Shown piece by piece: positions 12,538 through 26,100 of a DNA stretch of 64,000 nucleotides. The notes beneath the pieces are model-generated. The model was not told the origin of the DNA and did no database searches. It saw nothing but the letters and a program-made list of their open reading frames with translations. Origin of the DNA: Gordius albopunctatus (lineage: Eukaryota). The DNA lies in assembly GCA_964276515.1 (NCBI GenBank), contig OZ193909.1, positions 16,988,001 through 17,052,000 of the forward strand, given 5' to 3'. Positions within the stretch are counted from its first letter, which is position 1. Each line of letters starts with the position of its first letter. Position numbers and translations under genes: made by a program.

Positions 12538-14330
12538 TCATAATTTTATCCATTTGCCCTTTCCACGTGACACAAGTGTTTTAGTATATGCCCATAATAC
12601 TTCGCCGATTTCGTTAATCAAGTCCGACATAAGTTGAATATCCATTTTTGTCTTAAGAAAATTTGCCATATGATCGATCTTAGTATCTCCCAAGCTCCAC
12701 CGTATCATTCTCATCTCCATGGCCTGCATTTTTTTCCGTGGCGTTTAGCGCCCATGTTTCACTTCCATTGAGTAAAACCGGTTATACGATGGATTTGTAA
12801 GCTTTGCTCTTCAACCATATGGCCATTTTTTTATTGCTTATTCAAATATACTTCGTCATAACTTCTCCCTTGATGTTACATTGAGCTGAGGTATCTAAAT
12901 TGTCTACTTTTGGGTACTTTACATTGTCATCTAGCGACGGGGTGACTTTAACGTTCATCTCCATGTATACCGTTATTAGATCGTCGACCTTTCAACCATC
13001 CAGCTAAGCGCCACTTCTCGGCTTCTTCAAATACGTTCTCCTTAGTCTCTTCGTTTAATACTACATCATTGGAATAGAGCATATACCATGGCGATGACTT
13101 TTGAATGTTGCTTGTTATAGTGTTTATAATTATAATAATAAAATAATTTAAAGCAGCTTTGATGCAATTTAATTTAAACCTGAAAAGAATTAAAATATCC
13201 AACTGTCGCCACTCTAACGCACATATTTGAGGCTTCATAAATATATTTTAATGCGTCAGGAATATTTTGTTTTCTCAAACACCACCTTATTAAATCTCGG
13301 GGGACCGTGTCATAAGCTTTCTCCAAGTCGATAAAGACTATATGTAGGTAACTTATTTTTCACCATAATCCATCATTTGACTTGCGGATTTGTCGGCCAC
13401 AAATCCGAATTGGTTAGCCGATATTTCCACCTGCATTCCCAGCCTTGTTACTAAGATCCTTTCCATAATCTTCAAGCAGTGTCAAGTTCATCTCTGTAAT
13501 TGCCACACTTCTGATGTCTTCTTTGTCTTTGAATAAGGTTATAATCATGCTTGCTCACCATTAAATAGGAATTCGCTTTTATAAAAAAATCATGCTAAAA
13601 AGGGACTTCATCTTCACGGCATCCGAGCAATGTTTCTATTGATATTCCATCTGGGCCATTAGCTTTTCATCTTCCTGAAAGAGTTCGACCATACTTATGT
13701 TTAGATCTATAGCGGGAAGGAAATTTTTGTCATTTGCAATATTCATAAGTTATGTTTTCTTTAGACTTGTTATTCACTATTTTAAGGACTCCTAAATCGC
13801 GAATTTTCTTCTTCCTTACCTTGACCAATTCGTACATAAGCCTGTTGCCCCCTTTATGATCCAATTTGTTTGATGGGGCATTTTTCGAAATTGCAACTGC
13901 CTTTTTCGCGGCACTCTTTGCCTCCCTATATTCTTGATAATGCTACAACTTTTTTGATTTATGCAACCGTCTGTATAGATTTCTCTTTATTTCTATTAGA
14001 TTCAAAACCGATTGATCCCACCACCATACTTCCCTATTATATCTTTCCCTCTTTTAATCTATTCTGAAACCCGAATCGCTGTTTCCTTTATGACTTTAGT
14101 TAGAGCCTCCTAATCGTAGTCTACGTCCCTTTACAACTTCCTTGCACCCAAGAGTGAGGGTACTTTTTCATGGTATTTTTCGTTCGTCGACGTATCTTTA
14201 GTCTTTCGTATCGAATTTGAGGTTCATGAACCTTTTCCTTTCAAGAATACTTTTCAATCAAGGTCCATAACAAAGGGACGATGTTGCCTGGCGCTTTTTA
14301 TCCCAGTATTCCTAAGCAATCCATGAGTAC
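12538..14330 (-). mobile_element. Decayed RTE-clade LINE reverse transcriptase fragment
   Basis: Frameshifted RT remnants FIDLEKAYD (~13316-13340), SPWYMLYSNDVVL (decayed PW.MLYADD) and EMRMIRWSLG, typical of RTE C-termini. Confidence 0.85.
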
Positions 14331-14399
14331 CTTCGCCTTATCAGCAGATAGCCATTAGACTAAAATGCTGTATAAATAATACATGTATTGGAGAAATTA

Positions 14400-14890
14400 T
14401 TCAATGAATGCAAAATGACTAGAAAAATCTTATTTCAGCTTTGTGACTGCACCTCACCTCTGTTTGTGTATCTAATACATTTCCTACAATGGATATTCAA
14501 CAAATTTTAAATATCCTCAATCGTGAGACAGTGGATGAAATCACGGCAGAGATCTTTGCATAAAATCAACAAATAGCTGAAAATTTGAATATAGAATTAT
14601 ATCCTCCTAGACAAACTCAGCGACATAAATACCGATCTTGGAAAAATTATCTCGACTCTTTTTTGACATTAGAGTACAGATTTTCCGAGAATAATACTGC
14701 CGAAAATGTTAGAAAGATAGCTTATTATTATATAACTTTTATCTTTATAATTTAAAAATATTAAAACGTTTAAATACTTTATATTTGTCTAAATTAAATT
14801 ATGGTGAGTTTGTATTTGGGTTGAGGCCAGAGCATCATTCTATAATTTTTTTTACCTCCCCCCTATCCCAAAACCTGGCTAAGTTTGCAA
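14400..14890 (+). mobile_element. Short decayed hAT transposase remnant
   Basis: Translates QIAENLNIELYPPRQTQRHKYRS..YLDSF..LEYRFSENN, resembling the PRR..RQ..R / FLD...L..RF block of the 4.8-5.5 kb transposase. Ends in a C-rich cctggcta TIR-like sequence. Confidence 0.45.
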
Positions 14891-16579
14891 TTGGTTCCAA
14901 TGCATAATCACAATTTAAACCAATATTTTATCCCGTATGAATTTATATATTATACGACTAGTTATTTAATTGCTGCTTAAATATTTTGTAAATATTAATG
15001 TTTGACTTGATAACAAAAGGCAGAGAAATAAGCAGCTTATAAATGAAGCAGTGTAAATTGTTACAAAATTAAAATGCATGTTTTTAGGCGGATATAAATA
15101 ATATATTTTTAACTCTATAATATGGGATTATAAAAGAGGCCAGAGATTTAGATTCAAATTTTTCAAGATAGGGAGAAGAAAAGTCGCAATGTCGGAGCCT
15201 TTAAAATAGTAAAAACAAATCTCATTCGAGCCGAAGAAAAGGAAGGAAAGGTAGACAATACGTCTTGGAATCTATGATTATTGCAAAGTGTGGTGTATCC
15301 CCCCCCCCCATTTCCCCCCGCTTATCTTTCACTCATCACGCTCTTTATAATAATCCCACACACGCATACACGTGCGACGTAAATTTAGTTAAATTTTATC
15401 CTTTCTCCTATTTATTGCTGATTAACGATTTTATTGCCTTTTTGAGTTATCCATAGTTGAGAATGTCGTTAAAACAGAAAAAACTGGTATGAACCAGATG
15501 TGGTAGGAAAAAAAACTTATAAAAAACTCATATGACTTAATAATAAACCCCCCCCTCTACGAACCATAATATTTATGAATATTTGATTCCAAATCCCACA
15601 TAAATATTATTATTTTTCTGGAACACAAAATAATTTATCAATATACCCTTACGATTATATCATTGCAATCGAACGTATACCTTATCTACAAAATACGGTT
15701 TTAGGAACTATCGCTCATTTCCAGTAATTGCCGTAGATGGTATGTAAATTTTTGTTTGAGTTATGATTTTTATATAAACCGAGTGTGCTGCCTACCGATT
15801 TGCGTCACCTCTATGCCTGTACTATTGTGACATCTAGTCCAATAGGCCCTCATACACATCTCTAAAGATGTAGGCTCTCACTCGTCTTAACCCGAGTAAA
15901 CGTTAAGAAAAAACGACTGTTAGTCGGGGCGGACCTATCTATCTATCTACCAAATACTACTGTTGAGTATTCCAAAATAAACTTTTAAACGTAAATATGT
16001 CTCAAATAAACAGAGACATATAACAAATTACAAAAACTACCTTCTCGATATTAAGCCAAACATAACTATGGACGAACTCTTTCACGAGTATGAAGGGACA
16101 CAAATGAACAAGATGCAAAAATAAAAAGATAATGGCCCAAATGTAATATCTAGGGAAGCATTGCTTGGATGAGGTTCCTAATAAATGGAGAGCAAGCACG
16201 ATTTTACCTTATTCAAATGCATCTTGAAATTATGGAAAGGATCTTAGTCACATGGCTGAAAAACGAGGTGGAAATATCGGCGAACTAATTCGGATTTGCG
16301 ACATTTCCACACGGGAAAAGAGAAGAAACTTACATATGTTCTTTATCGATTTAGAGAAAGCTTATGTGGAAAACAAAATATTTCTGCACATATACAAGGC
16401 TTATGAAAAACATATATGAAGCTTCAAATTCCTGCTTTTGGATTACAGTTGGAGACTCTAAACAAACCTTTTCGGGTTAAAATTGGATTACATCAAGAAT
16501 TAACATCAAGAATTTACTTTAAATATTTTTAATTCAATTTAATTATGGACACGATAACAAGAGACGCCCTGGTGTATTC

Positions 16580-17187
16580 TAGAGACCTGCAACGGGCCTG
16601 TTTAGGCAAATCGGCCCGTCCGTAATAAAAATATCAAAGCCCGGCTCCGGCCCGTCAAAATATTCAATTATAAACCCGAGCCCGGCCCGGGCCCATATAT
16701 TTTTTTTTGTTTTTATTATTTTTATTTTATTTTTTTATCTATATCAAACAATATGTGTGTGTTAAAAATGTTAATAAAAATATTGTAGAAATAATAAATA
16801 GGTAATTCCCGGTCAGTCGAGTTCTTCTATCTTTTAGAAACGACCTACATAAAAAAATTTTAGTGGCATTTTGGGATACACAAAACCATACAAGCCAAAT
16901 AAACTTTCAAATCCCTTATTTAAGGTTATAATGTTCTTAATAAAGTCACTTGTCTTCTTTAAATTTCTTTGTTAATTTAATATACATAAAATAATTATAA
17001 CATTATAAAAAAATCTTCTTTTATACTAAATCTAATTGATTTTATAACGGGCTTTCAACGGGACTTAAGTATATCTAGGCCCGGCCCAGGGGCGTTAAGT
17101 TATATAACGGCCCGTCCAGGCCCGTCCCGTGGTTTTATTTTTAAGCAGAAGCCCGTCCAAACCCGGGCCGGGCCGTGCAGGTCTCTA
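16580..17187. mobile_element. hAT-type non-autonomous element, family C
   Basis: TIR tagagacctgca / tgcaggtctcta, subterminal ggcccg repeats, perfect 8-bp TSD gtgtattc. Duplicated at ~43376-43983. Confidence 0.93.
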
Positions 17188-17693
17188 GTGTATTCTATAT
17201 GCCGATGATATAGTATTATGCGAAGATACAAAAAAGAAAGTATTCGAAGAAGCTGAAATGTGGTCTAAGCATTTGGCTGGATATGATATAAAGGTCAGCA
17301 ATCGAAAAACGGTGTACATGTAAATGAACGTTACAGGCACCCAATCGCTAGATGACCATTCAAAATACTTAAAATAGAGAGGTTTACATATCGCTCAATG
17401 CTACATCAAGAGGGATTGCGCAATAGAAGTCATGCGGATCCAAATAGGATATCTTAAATGGCAAAGTATATTTGGTGCAGTGTGCGACAAAAATATAATA
17501 TGGTTGAAGAGCAAAGCTTACAAATTTTTCATTGATACTCTATAAAGTGAAACATGGGTATTATACGCCACGAAATAAAAGTTATTACAAGTCACGGAGA
17601 TGAAAATGATACGGTGGAGTTTGGGGTATACTCGGTATACTAAGCTCGACCATATGAAAAATGACTTTTTTTAGGGAAAATGGGTATTTGAGC

Positions 17694-18258
17694 TAGAGTC
17701 CTGCATGGACCAGTAAACCCATCAACCCGCCATGGGCTGGGCTGGGCTGGGTCGAGGAAAAAAATAGTTTAATGGGCTGGACTGGGTTAAGTAAATAATA
17801 TATTTTAATGGGCTGGACTGGGTTGGGCCTAAATAAATTTGATGGGCTGGGCTAAGAATTGTTGAATAATAAACATTTAATTTTAAAATTAATATATTAA
17901 TCCGAATTCTAATTAAGTTTTGCAATTCTAAATTTTAATTAACATCTGTCCCTTCGCATTTTACTAATTTATCCAATGGAAATTAAATTATTAAAAGATG
18001 GAATTGACACAGATGATTAATTTATATCATTTTATTGTATTTTAATATATATCTAATTTGAAAATAAACATATTTATACATTGTAAAGTGTGAATTAAAT
18101 TTAGGGCGAAAAATATTTAAGATGGGCTGGGCTGGGTTTTGTCAGGCATAGGCTGGGTTGGGCTTAAAAAATGTTTGTGAGCATGGGCTGGGTTGGGTCG
18201 ACCTGAACATGGTTTGGGTTGGGCTGGGACGGCAAAAACCGGCCCACGCAGAACTCTA
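17694..18258. mobile_element. hAT-type non-autonomous element with gggct subterminal repeats
   Basis: TIR tagagtcctgc / gcagaactcta; arrays of gggctgggct; splits the RTE sequence. TSD degraded. Confidence 0.8.
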
Positions 18259-20142
18259 TTAACCTATGGCTAACTTGATCAACGAAAATCGGCTAAGGTG
18301 GTATGCTCTTATACTAAGAATCATGTATTGCCCCGGGGACATTCAAGATCTGACACCTATCGGTGCATCTCTGGCCACGTTGACCAGAGAATATGTTGCA
18401 TCCATTACTATTTAATTGATTGTTCGCGACTTATAACTTATGTCTACTTTTAAACTTAATTGACTCATTTACATTACCTTACTACTTCGCGACGTTAATT
18501 GACCAATCACATATAGCTCGTGGATTCACCACTGAATGTTAATTGTTTTAATATATTTCAATATCTAGTAAAAGTACAATCAATTATATCTATTTTTAAA
18601 CAAATATTTCCTTTAAAATTTTATCTCTTGACAATTTTGAATAATCCTAAATATTCTCTTTTAAAAATTTAATTTTTTTTCCTAACTCTTGCAAAATTTG
18701 TTTTGACCATAACAATCATGTTTTTCCATGAGCAATAATGAACAAAACCTAAAATTAATATTAGTATTAATCATTTATACAAATTTTGCCTGTAGTCTAA
18801 TTTCAACCATTATTTACAATTTTATGATTTATTACCTTTAAACTTATAATTAATAGTTATGGCTATATTTTTTATTTTAATTTTACTTATCTTCATTCTA
18901 AATAGTTCTTATTTACCAATGTTTGACATACAACCTTGTGAAAAGTAATTGTTCGAATTAAGATTTAAAAGCAGACGATTTATTCACGTGATTAAATGAG
19001 CGCTTGCGATTGGGTAATTGCAGATAGAGCAAACCAATTCTAAAAAATATTCATATTCGCGATTTAAGCGAAATAAGAACCTTAATAGCGAAGCCAAAAA
19101 ATTTTGTTTTCCACATTTTATAAAAAGTTTATGATAAAATATATAAAAACTTATTAAATAGCACTTTTACTTTAAAATTGTCAAAAATTGCAGATAGAGC
19201 ACTCCAAAAGGTAAGGGTTCGTCCCAGAATAAAAGTTACGTTTTGTGAGATCTACTCAATTTTACCTATAAAGAATAATAAAAGAAAATTTATGGTTTAA
19301 AAGAAAGCAATTGAAAAATTTTAATAGAAAGGTATATTAAAAATACATTTAAAAACACGAAAAGTAAAAGCAAAAAGGTCTGTCAAAGAAAATCAAGATA
19401 CCCTGTGGTGTCCAACTAGTGTTTTTAAAAATGCTGGGTTTTGTTTGGTCGATCTTTGGTTTTAGTCGACTAAATAAAAATAAACCAAAGATTTTTTTGC
19501 CTATATTTTTTAATGCCATAAAATAAACAGACCAAATGTTCTTTGGAAAAAATTATTGTAGTAAATATAATATTACTACAATAATTTTTTAACACCCTCG
19601 ACAATTCCCGAAAATATATCTATGAAGAACATTAATTATGAGGGTAAAAATCTTCTTAAATATTTAACATATTCTTACGGGAAGAATTTAATTAAATTTA
19701 TTTATCGATTATTTAACCTATATTTTATTTTATTTAAATCTATTTTATTTAAATCTATTTTACTTATCTGAAGATGTCCTCTATGAGGACAAAATATTAT
19801 ATTTACTACAATAATTTTTTAACACCCTCGACAATTCCCGAAAATATATCTATGAAGAAAATAAATAATTTATAATGAACATATTGATTTTGCATTATTT
19901 ATGCCTGTCCAACTTTGTAATATAATTTCGATTAATGCAAAAGCCCCTAAGGTTTAACAATTTTTCTAGTATACTATTGAATTACTGCGTGAGTTGACGA
20001 GACTGACCCTGCGACTTTAGACCTTTATTTAATAAGCATTATAGAATAAGAGTGGGGCGCGTAAAAATTGGAGAAACTTCTATATAAAATAATCATACAG
20101 TATACGTATAATAAAGTCAAAGCACTGCTGCGAGGTAAAATT

Positions 20143-23100
20143 TTATTTTTTAGGCGTCTCAGCCGTTGATGAACCGTAGGATGAAGCATAATTTGGGTCG
20201 GTCGCGTCAGAATATGCTCCAGACTCGGCTCCATAAGTGCCAGATTCTGCTCCATAAGTTCCTTCAGTTCCGTAGGTGCCCTCAGTCCCATAAGCTCCGG
20301 ACTCTGTACCGTAAGTGCCTTCAGTTCCATAGGTTCCTGATTCTGTCCCATATGTTCCTGATTCTGTCCCGTATGTTCCTTCCGTCCCATAAGTCCCTGA
20401 TTCGTCTCCGTATGTATCATAAGTTCCGTAATCCCCGTAAGAACTGGCATAATCTGAAGCCTGTGGTTATTATTAATTATAAAAGGATGCATGTATGTTG
20501 ATATGGAAATGAATGTTATAAACGATTCCGGTATGTAAAATAGTGTTGCAAGCTGGGTTTTGTTTGCTTGACCTTTGGTTTTAGTCAACTAGACATAATC
20601 AGATCAAATGTTTTTTCGTCAGCTTATTTAGTCGAGCTCTAGGCATAGTCAAAATGAGAAAAAACGACCAGAGTCGATCGTTGATCTTAGTTAAACCAAT
20701 GGTGGACCAAACAAAGCCCCCCCCAGCCGTTTTTGCAACACAAATGTAAAATAAATTATGAAGAGGAAAATACATGGGGGTAGCCATTGGAATTAGAGGG
20801 AGTGGGCGATGTAGAGGGCAAAATGATCGTTTTTTGAGATTTAGACTATAGTTATATGGAATTTTATATAATTTTTGGATTTCACTTGTCTCCCCTCATA
20901 TGTAAATTGTTAGGGTTAAATGGTCAGTTGGATATGTAAAATGAGCAGGCTATTAGTAAATTAAGAGGAAAATAGTTATAAAAAGATTATTGATAATATC
21001 CTATATAGTCTTGAGAACCCAGATAGTTATTAGTTCTTTTGTTTCTATTTTGCGCTATTTGCGATTTGATCGCATAAATTATAAGTGATATAGTGAACTA
21101 CACTGTTGTGCTATGATAGGCTTAATTTTGTGGTATAGAGAGCAAAAACAAAAACAGCAAGTTAAAAGGAATTGAGTCTTAAATTATTTATAGAGAACTT
21201 GTAAAAATATTTATGCTTTGCATTGCATCAAATTATGTTTAGACGCATGTTGATTCATAGGACTCTTGTTTCAAATATTTTTTAATTTATAATTATGGGT
21301 TTATATGTTTTAACTTTATAACCTTTAGATCAATGCTCTAAAATTTAATAGATGCCAGAACCATAATAAGAATTATGAGTGTTTTTTGTTTTATCAACAA
21401 TCTTTCTGCAAAAAGGACATTTATTCTTAAATAGACATTTAAATAAGATGGAGTTAAAATTATGTTGAATAATATCTGGGACTAAAATTTTAATTTCAAA
21501 ATTAGGAATAAAGCAATTTATGATATATAAATAATCACCTTAGAATAGGTATCTTGGGATTCATCATAATCATAGTAGTCCTAATAAATATAATATATAT
21601 ATAAACAAGTGGTAATTTTAAAATAATGTATATATAATTTTTAACATATCTGGCAAAACCATTATGATTGCATAAAATTTGTCATAATTTGCACAATAAG
21701 AAATCAGCATAATCTAATATCTAACGCTTTGCAGATGTTAACTCTACAGTTCAAGAAAATTTGACTTTCATAAATTTGGGATTATTAGAGCCATAAAAAA
21801 TCTAAAGTTTATGCATAAATACTTGTGCAAATATATAACATGAGCACCCTACATTTTTTGCTTATAATGTATACAAGGTTTTAGGAATGATACAGTGTTT
21901 ATAGATCGGCAACATAACAAATTTTAAGACTGTAAATTTAAAAAACCCCAACAATGGAAATCATTATGCTTTATTTACTAAACTAAAATGTCTAGAAGCT
22001 ACATTAAATACTACTGCTCTACCTTTGAGTATTCATTGTTTTATATCCTTTGAATCCAAAAGCGTTTCCAGGATTGGAATTAGAGGGGGGAATAATGATT
22101 TAGGGAGGGGCAAAATAATAATAATTTTTTAAAGTTTTAGCTACAATTATCACTTTTTAATTTTTGGATTTAGAGGGAGAAGTCGCCCTTCCGTGCCACC
22201 TCTTGGCTACGCCCATGTATGAAGCCCATATGCTTTCAAATTTGGCACAACAATCAAGGTATTCCCCATTATTTTGTGGTCCGTCTCCTAATTTTAGAGT
22301 CACCTGCTTAAGCCAAGTAATTTTAAACAAATGTCTGAATGCTCTTATTGTGTTAAATATAATTTTTTGGATTAAATAAGTGTATAGACAGCGGCGCACA
22401 AAAATGATATATATATATATATATAACTAAAATTAAGGTGTAAAAATTAAATAATTGTATACGTCTTTGCCGTATTGGTCACCATAGGCGCTATCGTAAT
22501 TGTCATACTCCCCAGAATTCCCATACGTGTAATCATAATCGTAATTATAGCCTTGATCGTAGTCATCCATTTGAGCCTGGACATTCATTTCCACCGGTTT
22601 TGTGGTTTGTAGTGTGTTAATGAAACCGAAAAAACTTTTGCCCTCCTTCTTATCTCCACTACTCGAAGATTTTCCAGCCGAGCCACCCAGCATTACCGGT
22701 ATCTTTATAACTTTAACAAGTTTAAATAAATGAAAATTTGATATTTCATCATTTCGAAAATTGTTTGAAATACGATTTAATCAACCTTTTTTTGCGGATT
22801 ATAGTAAAAATTTGATTTAGAAGAGGCACTATATGTATATTAGATGTCATCGATAATTTACTTTGAGTGGGTTTTTGTCCAGTGCTATAGGCATAGCCCA
22901 TGAAACCAACAATGGATAGTAAAAAGACTACTACTACTATAACCCCAATCAGAGCTATAAGAGGGCCACTAGAACTATCTGAGGCATCCGCGACCGCTTT
23001 ATCTACTTCACCAGCTATTAAAAAATGTTATTATAATTTATTTTTAAATATAAGCATAGTTTTTTTTAAATTTATTTATACTCTGATTTCATGTTTGCCA

Positions 23101-26100
23101 GGCCAAAGGTTTTCATTTTATTTGGTCAACTTTGTGTAATTGAAGTAAACAAATTGTCTCTATTAAAAAGCTTTGTCTATCAAAGATATTTAGTGTAAAA
23201 AATAGTATTCCTTAATATTTTGGACCAGTCTTACACTAATGCACGGTCGAAACTTAATATGTTGCACTAAGAAATCTCAAAACTAACCTACTGATGAACA
23301 CATGGGGGTAACCAGGAATGGATCTAGAGGGGAGCAATAATGATTAATGGAGGGGCAAATTAATAATTGTTTGAAATTTTAGCCATAATTATATTAAATT
23401 TTGAAATATATTGGAATTTTAGGGGCCTAGCCGCACATCCCAGCCATCCCGTGGCTACGCCAATGGCTGAATAGGTGAGATTCTAAGGTCTCTCACCCCA
23501 CACAAAATTTACCTTAAATGTTTTCGTTATTAATGTAATTATGAATTAGTCTAAGTAAAGGAGTCAGTTTATCAAATTTAAGAATCCATATAATACTTAT
23601 TTTTTAGATAAATTAATTATAGCGGTATTCCGTGTCAAAATTATTTCAGTCGGACCTAAAAAGCCATATTAAAACTCCAAAATTTAAAACTAACAAAAGT
23701 TGTAACACTTGACTTGACGAACCATATGGAAGGACTGGTTTAAACTCAAATTATGAGCAAGCATAGTCTATTTGAGACTATTAAAATATTTCTCGTCATT
23801 TTACCCGCAGGTCCATAATAGCTTCTGATTAGTATTTTGGCGACGCTTTCCTTAGGTGGTGTCCCCATGTCACTAACTTTCAAAGTTAACTCTTCTTTTA
23901 CCCCGGGATTCAATGGTTTTTTATCAGAGGTAAATATACCCCCTAGTTCTGGTTTGTACACAAAAGCAGCCGTGGAGGGATCATAAGTCTTTGCACCTGT
24001 TCCTGCTGAAGGTGCCGGGACTAATTCAACTTTGGGTTTTAATGTGCTATCATCTTTGTCCTTCACTATTACATCAACTACTTTGGTTCCTGGGGGCGTC
24101 AAGCTGGACAGAGATATTGTCTTGGGCAAGCCTACAAACTCCTGTGCAGGTTAAAAAACGCGAGTAACCCATTTATACTTTTAAAGTCTTTTTTATTGTT
24201 TTTCCCCCTCATTTCAAGTTTTGATATGAGAGATGATTATAATACTAAAGGTGTGTATGCTATTTAAAATACATTAGACAACATTTTTAGTTTTAAAATT
24301 GGAAGTGTATTTATAAAAAATGGTGTTTTTTCGATAACTAGTTAGTCATTTTTGCTCAAAAATAAACGTATAGATAGAGAGCATTATATAAGGTATAAGC
24401 ACCAAGACCACTAAAATACAATTTTAATTTCAGATTTGTACATGAGTGTAGCCAGGATTGGAACTAGAGGGGAGGAATAATCCTTTATGGAAGGGCAAAA
24501 TTGTATTTTTTTAAAATTTAAGCCATAATTATATGAAATTTTTAAGAATTTTTGACTTTGGAGGGGGCAGCCCCCCGCCACCCCCTGGCTACTTCCCATG
24601 CACCAAGACCTCTAAATTTATATTAGCTATAAACTTAATATGTAATTCAATTCACTAAATTTGTTATTGTGATGATAAGAAACATACTAACCGGAGGGTA
24701 TTTGTTGCTGGTTACTACTTTGACCAAAAGTCCGAATTGAGAGGTTAGAGGATTCTTACCCATATCAGATACTTGGACCAATAAGGGGTAAAATTTTTGT
24801 TCGTTGGAATTGAGAGGCTTAGCCAAAGTGATTTTCCCTGTGGAGGTGTCAATTATGAAACATTTATCATCCCGCCTTTGTTGGCCACACTCGCCTCCTT
24901 TCAAGCTAAAAACCAAACCGGAACCTTCCATGGGATCTGGATCTTTGGCGTCCATTTGTGCCACTACGGTCCCTACCTTGGCATCTTCTTGTAAACTTAA
25001 TAAAAAAGTGTATATGAGATATTTAACGAATAGACATTGAAGTTTAAAAAACAATACCATGGAGATGAGAATGCTAAGATGGGTGCTAGGAGTAAGCAAA
25101 AAGGAACATAAGCGAAATGAAGAAACAAGAAGAATTTTGGGTACTACATCTGTTACGACAAAGCTCCTAACAAACAGACTAAGATGGTATGGCCATGTTG
25201 AGAGAAGGGACGATAGCTAGGTCGGAAAGAAAATTCAAAAAATAAATTTTGCAGGAAAACAAAGGAGGGGAAGACCCAAGCTTCTCTGGATCCACAAAAT
25301 GAGGCACGATATGAAATTCACAAGATAAAGAAAGATCTATGTAAATATAGAGACAAATGGAAACAAATTCTGAAAGCAGCCTAGGTGGCAAACAGTCATA
25401 GAAAGAAGAAGATTATGATGAACAGGGAAATTAATTTGTTTGGGCTCAGTTAGATAATCAAAACGCATAACGCTGACTTATGGTTCGCTTATATTAATTG
25501 CTATGCAATTTATGGGCTCGCTTTTCGCTGCCCTCCGTCCGTCCAACTTTCTTAATTGCTGGTTCGATACCCGGAGAGGGCAATTTTTTTTAAATTAAAT
25601 TAATATATTGTTCTTGTTAATACCATTGATAATACGACTTTTAGACCGTGTCCTGGCTACTGACCAATGAAAAAAATAACCATTGGCCAAAGTGTAAATC
25701 AATTTTGTTTTTGTTTTTTTTAATTGCTATATTTAGTTAACATAGATAATTACCTTTTGCCTTCCCCTTACAAGGGCCTATGCCTCTACTGATATGGGTC
25801 CTTGTGCCCCCCCCCCTACAAATTTATTATATTACCTATACCTAGAAAATTTTTTACAATATATTGAATATTCAATAAAATGTTTAAAACAAAACAGTGA
25901 GTTAGCGATTAAAAATTTACAAAAGAAGGTAAAGTTTAGATAAATTTAATACTTTTCGGTTTTATTCCATGAAATTTTAAGTTTTAAAAATATTTTAGGT
26001 CCATGATTTGAAGATAAGTTAATGGGGTATAACTATCTGTAAACAAATTATAACAATTTGCTGGGAATGTATTAAATTAAGAGATTTTTGCCTTCATTTT

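Larger units (their letters stand above)
16190..18325 (+). mobile_element. Decayed RTE-clade LINE RT fragment interrupted by two MITEs
   Basis: EKRRNLHMFFIDLEKAY, GLHQ, PWCI|LYADDIVL (split by the MITE at 16580), EMKMIRWSLG, INENRLRWY. Confidence 0.87.
12631..18562 (+). repeat. 5.9-kb direct repeat, copy 1
   Basis: Colinear and near-identical to 39432-45297, from 'aagttgaatatccatttttg' to 'tatttcaat'. Duplicate ORFs in the track (12948/39749, 16002/42798, 17722/44518). Confidence 0.97.

Noticed and set aside
15860..15910. Possible third hammerhead remnant (ctaaagatg...actcg/cgagt aaacgtta)
   Set aside because: Both core boxes are mutated and the spacing is irregular; too weak to call.
20025..20588. 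187-aa minus ORF and 111-aa plus ORF (20166-20501) with repeats
   Set aside because: Shadow frames of the GTYGTES exon. The third minus frame has a proper acceptor, synonymous variation between repeats and a matching splice phase.
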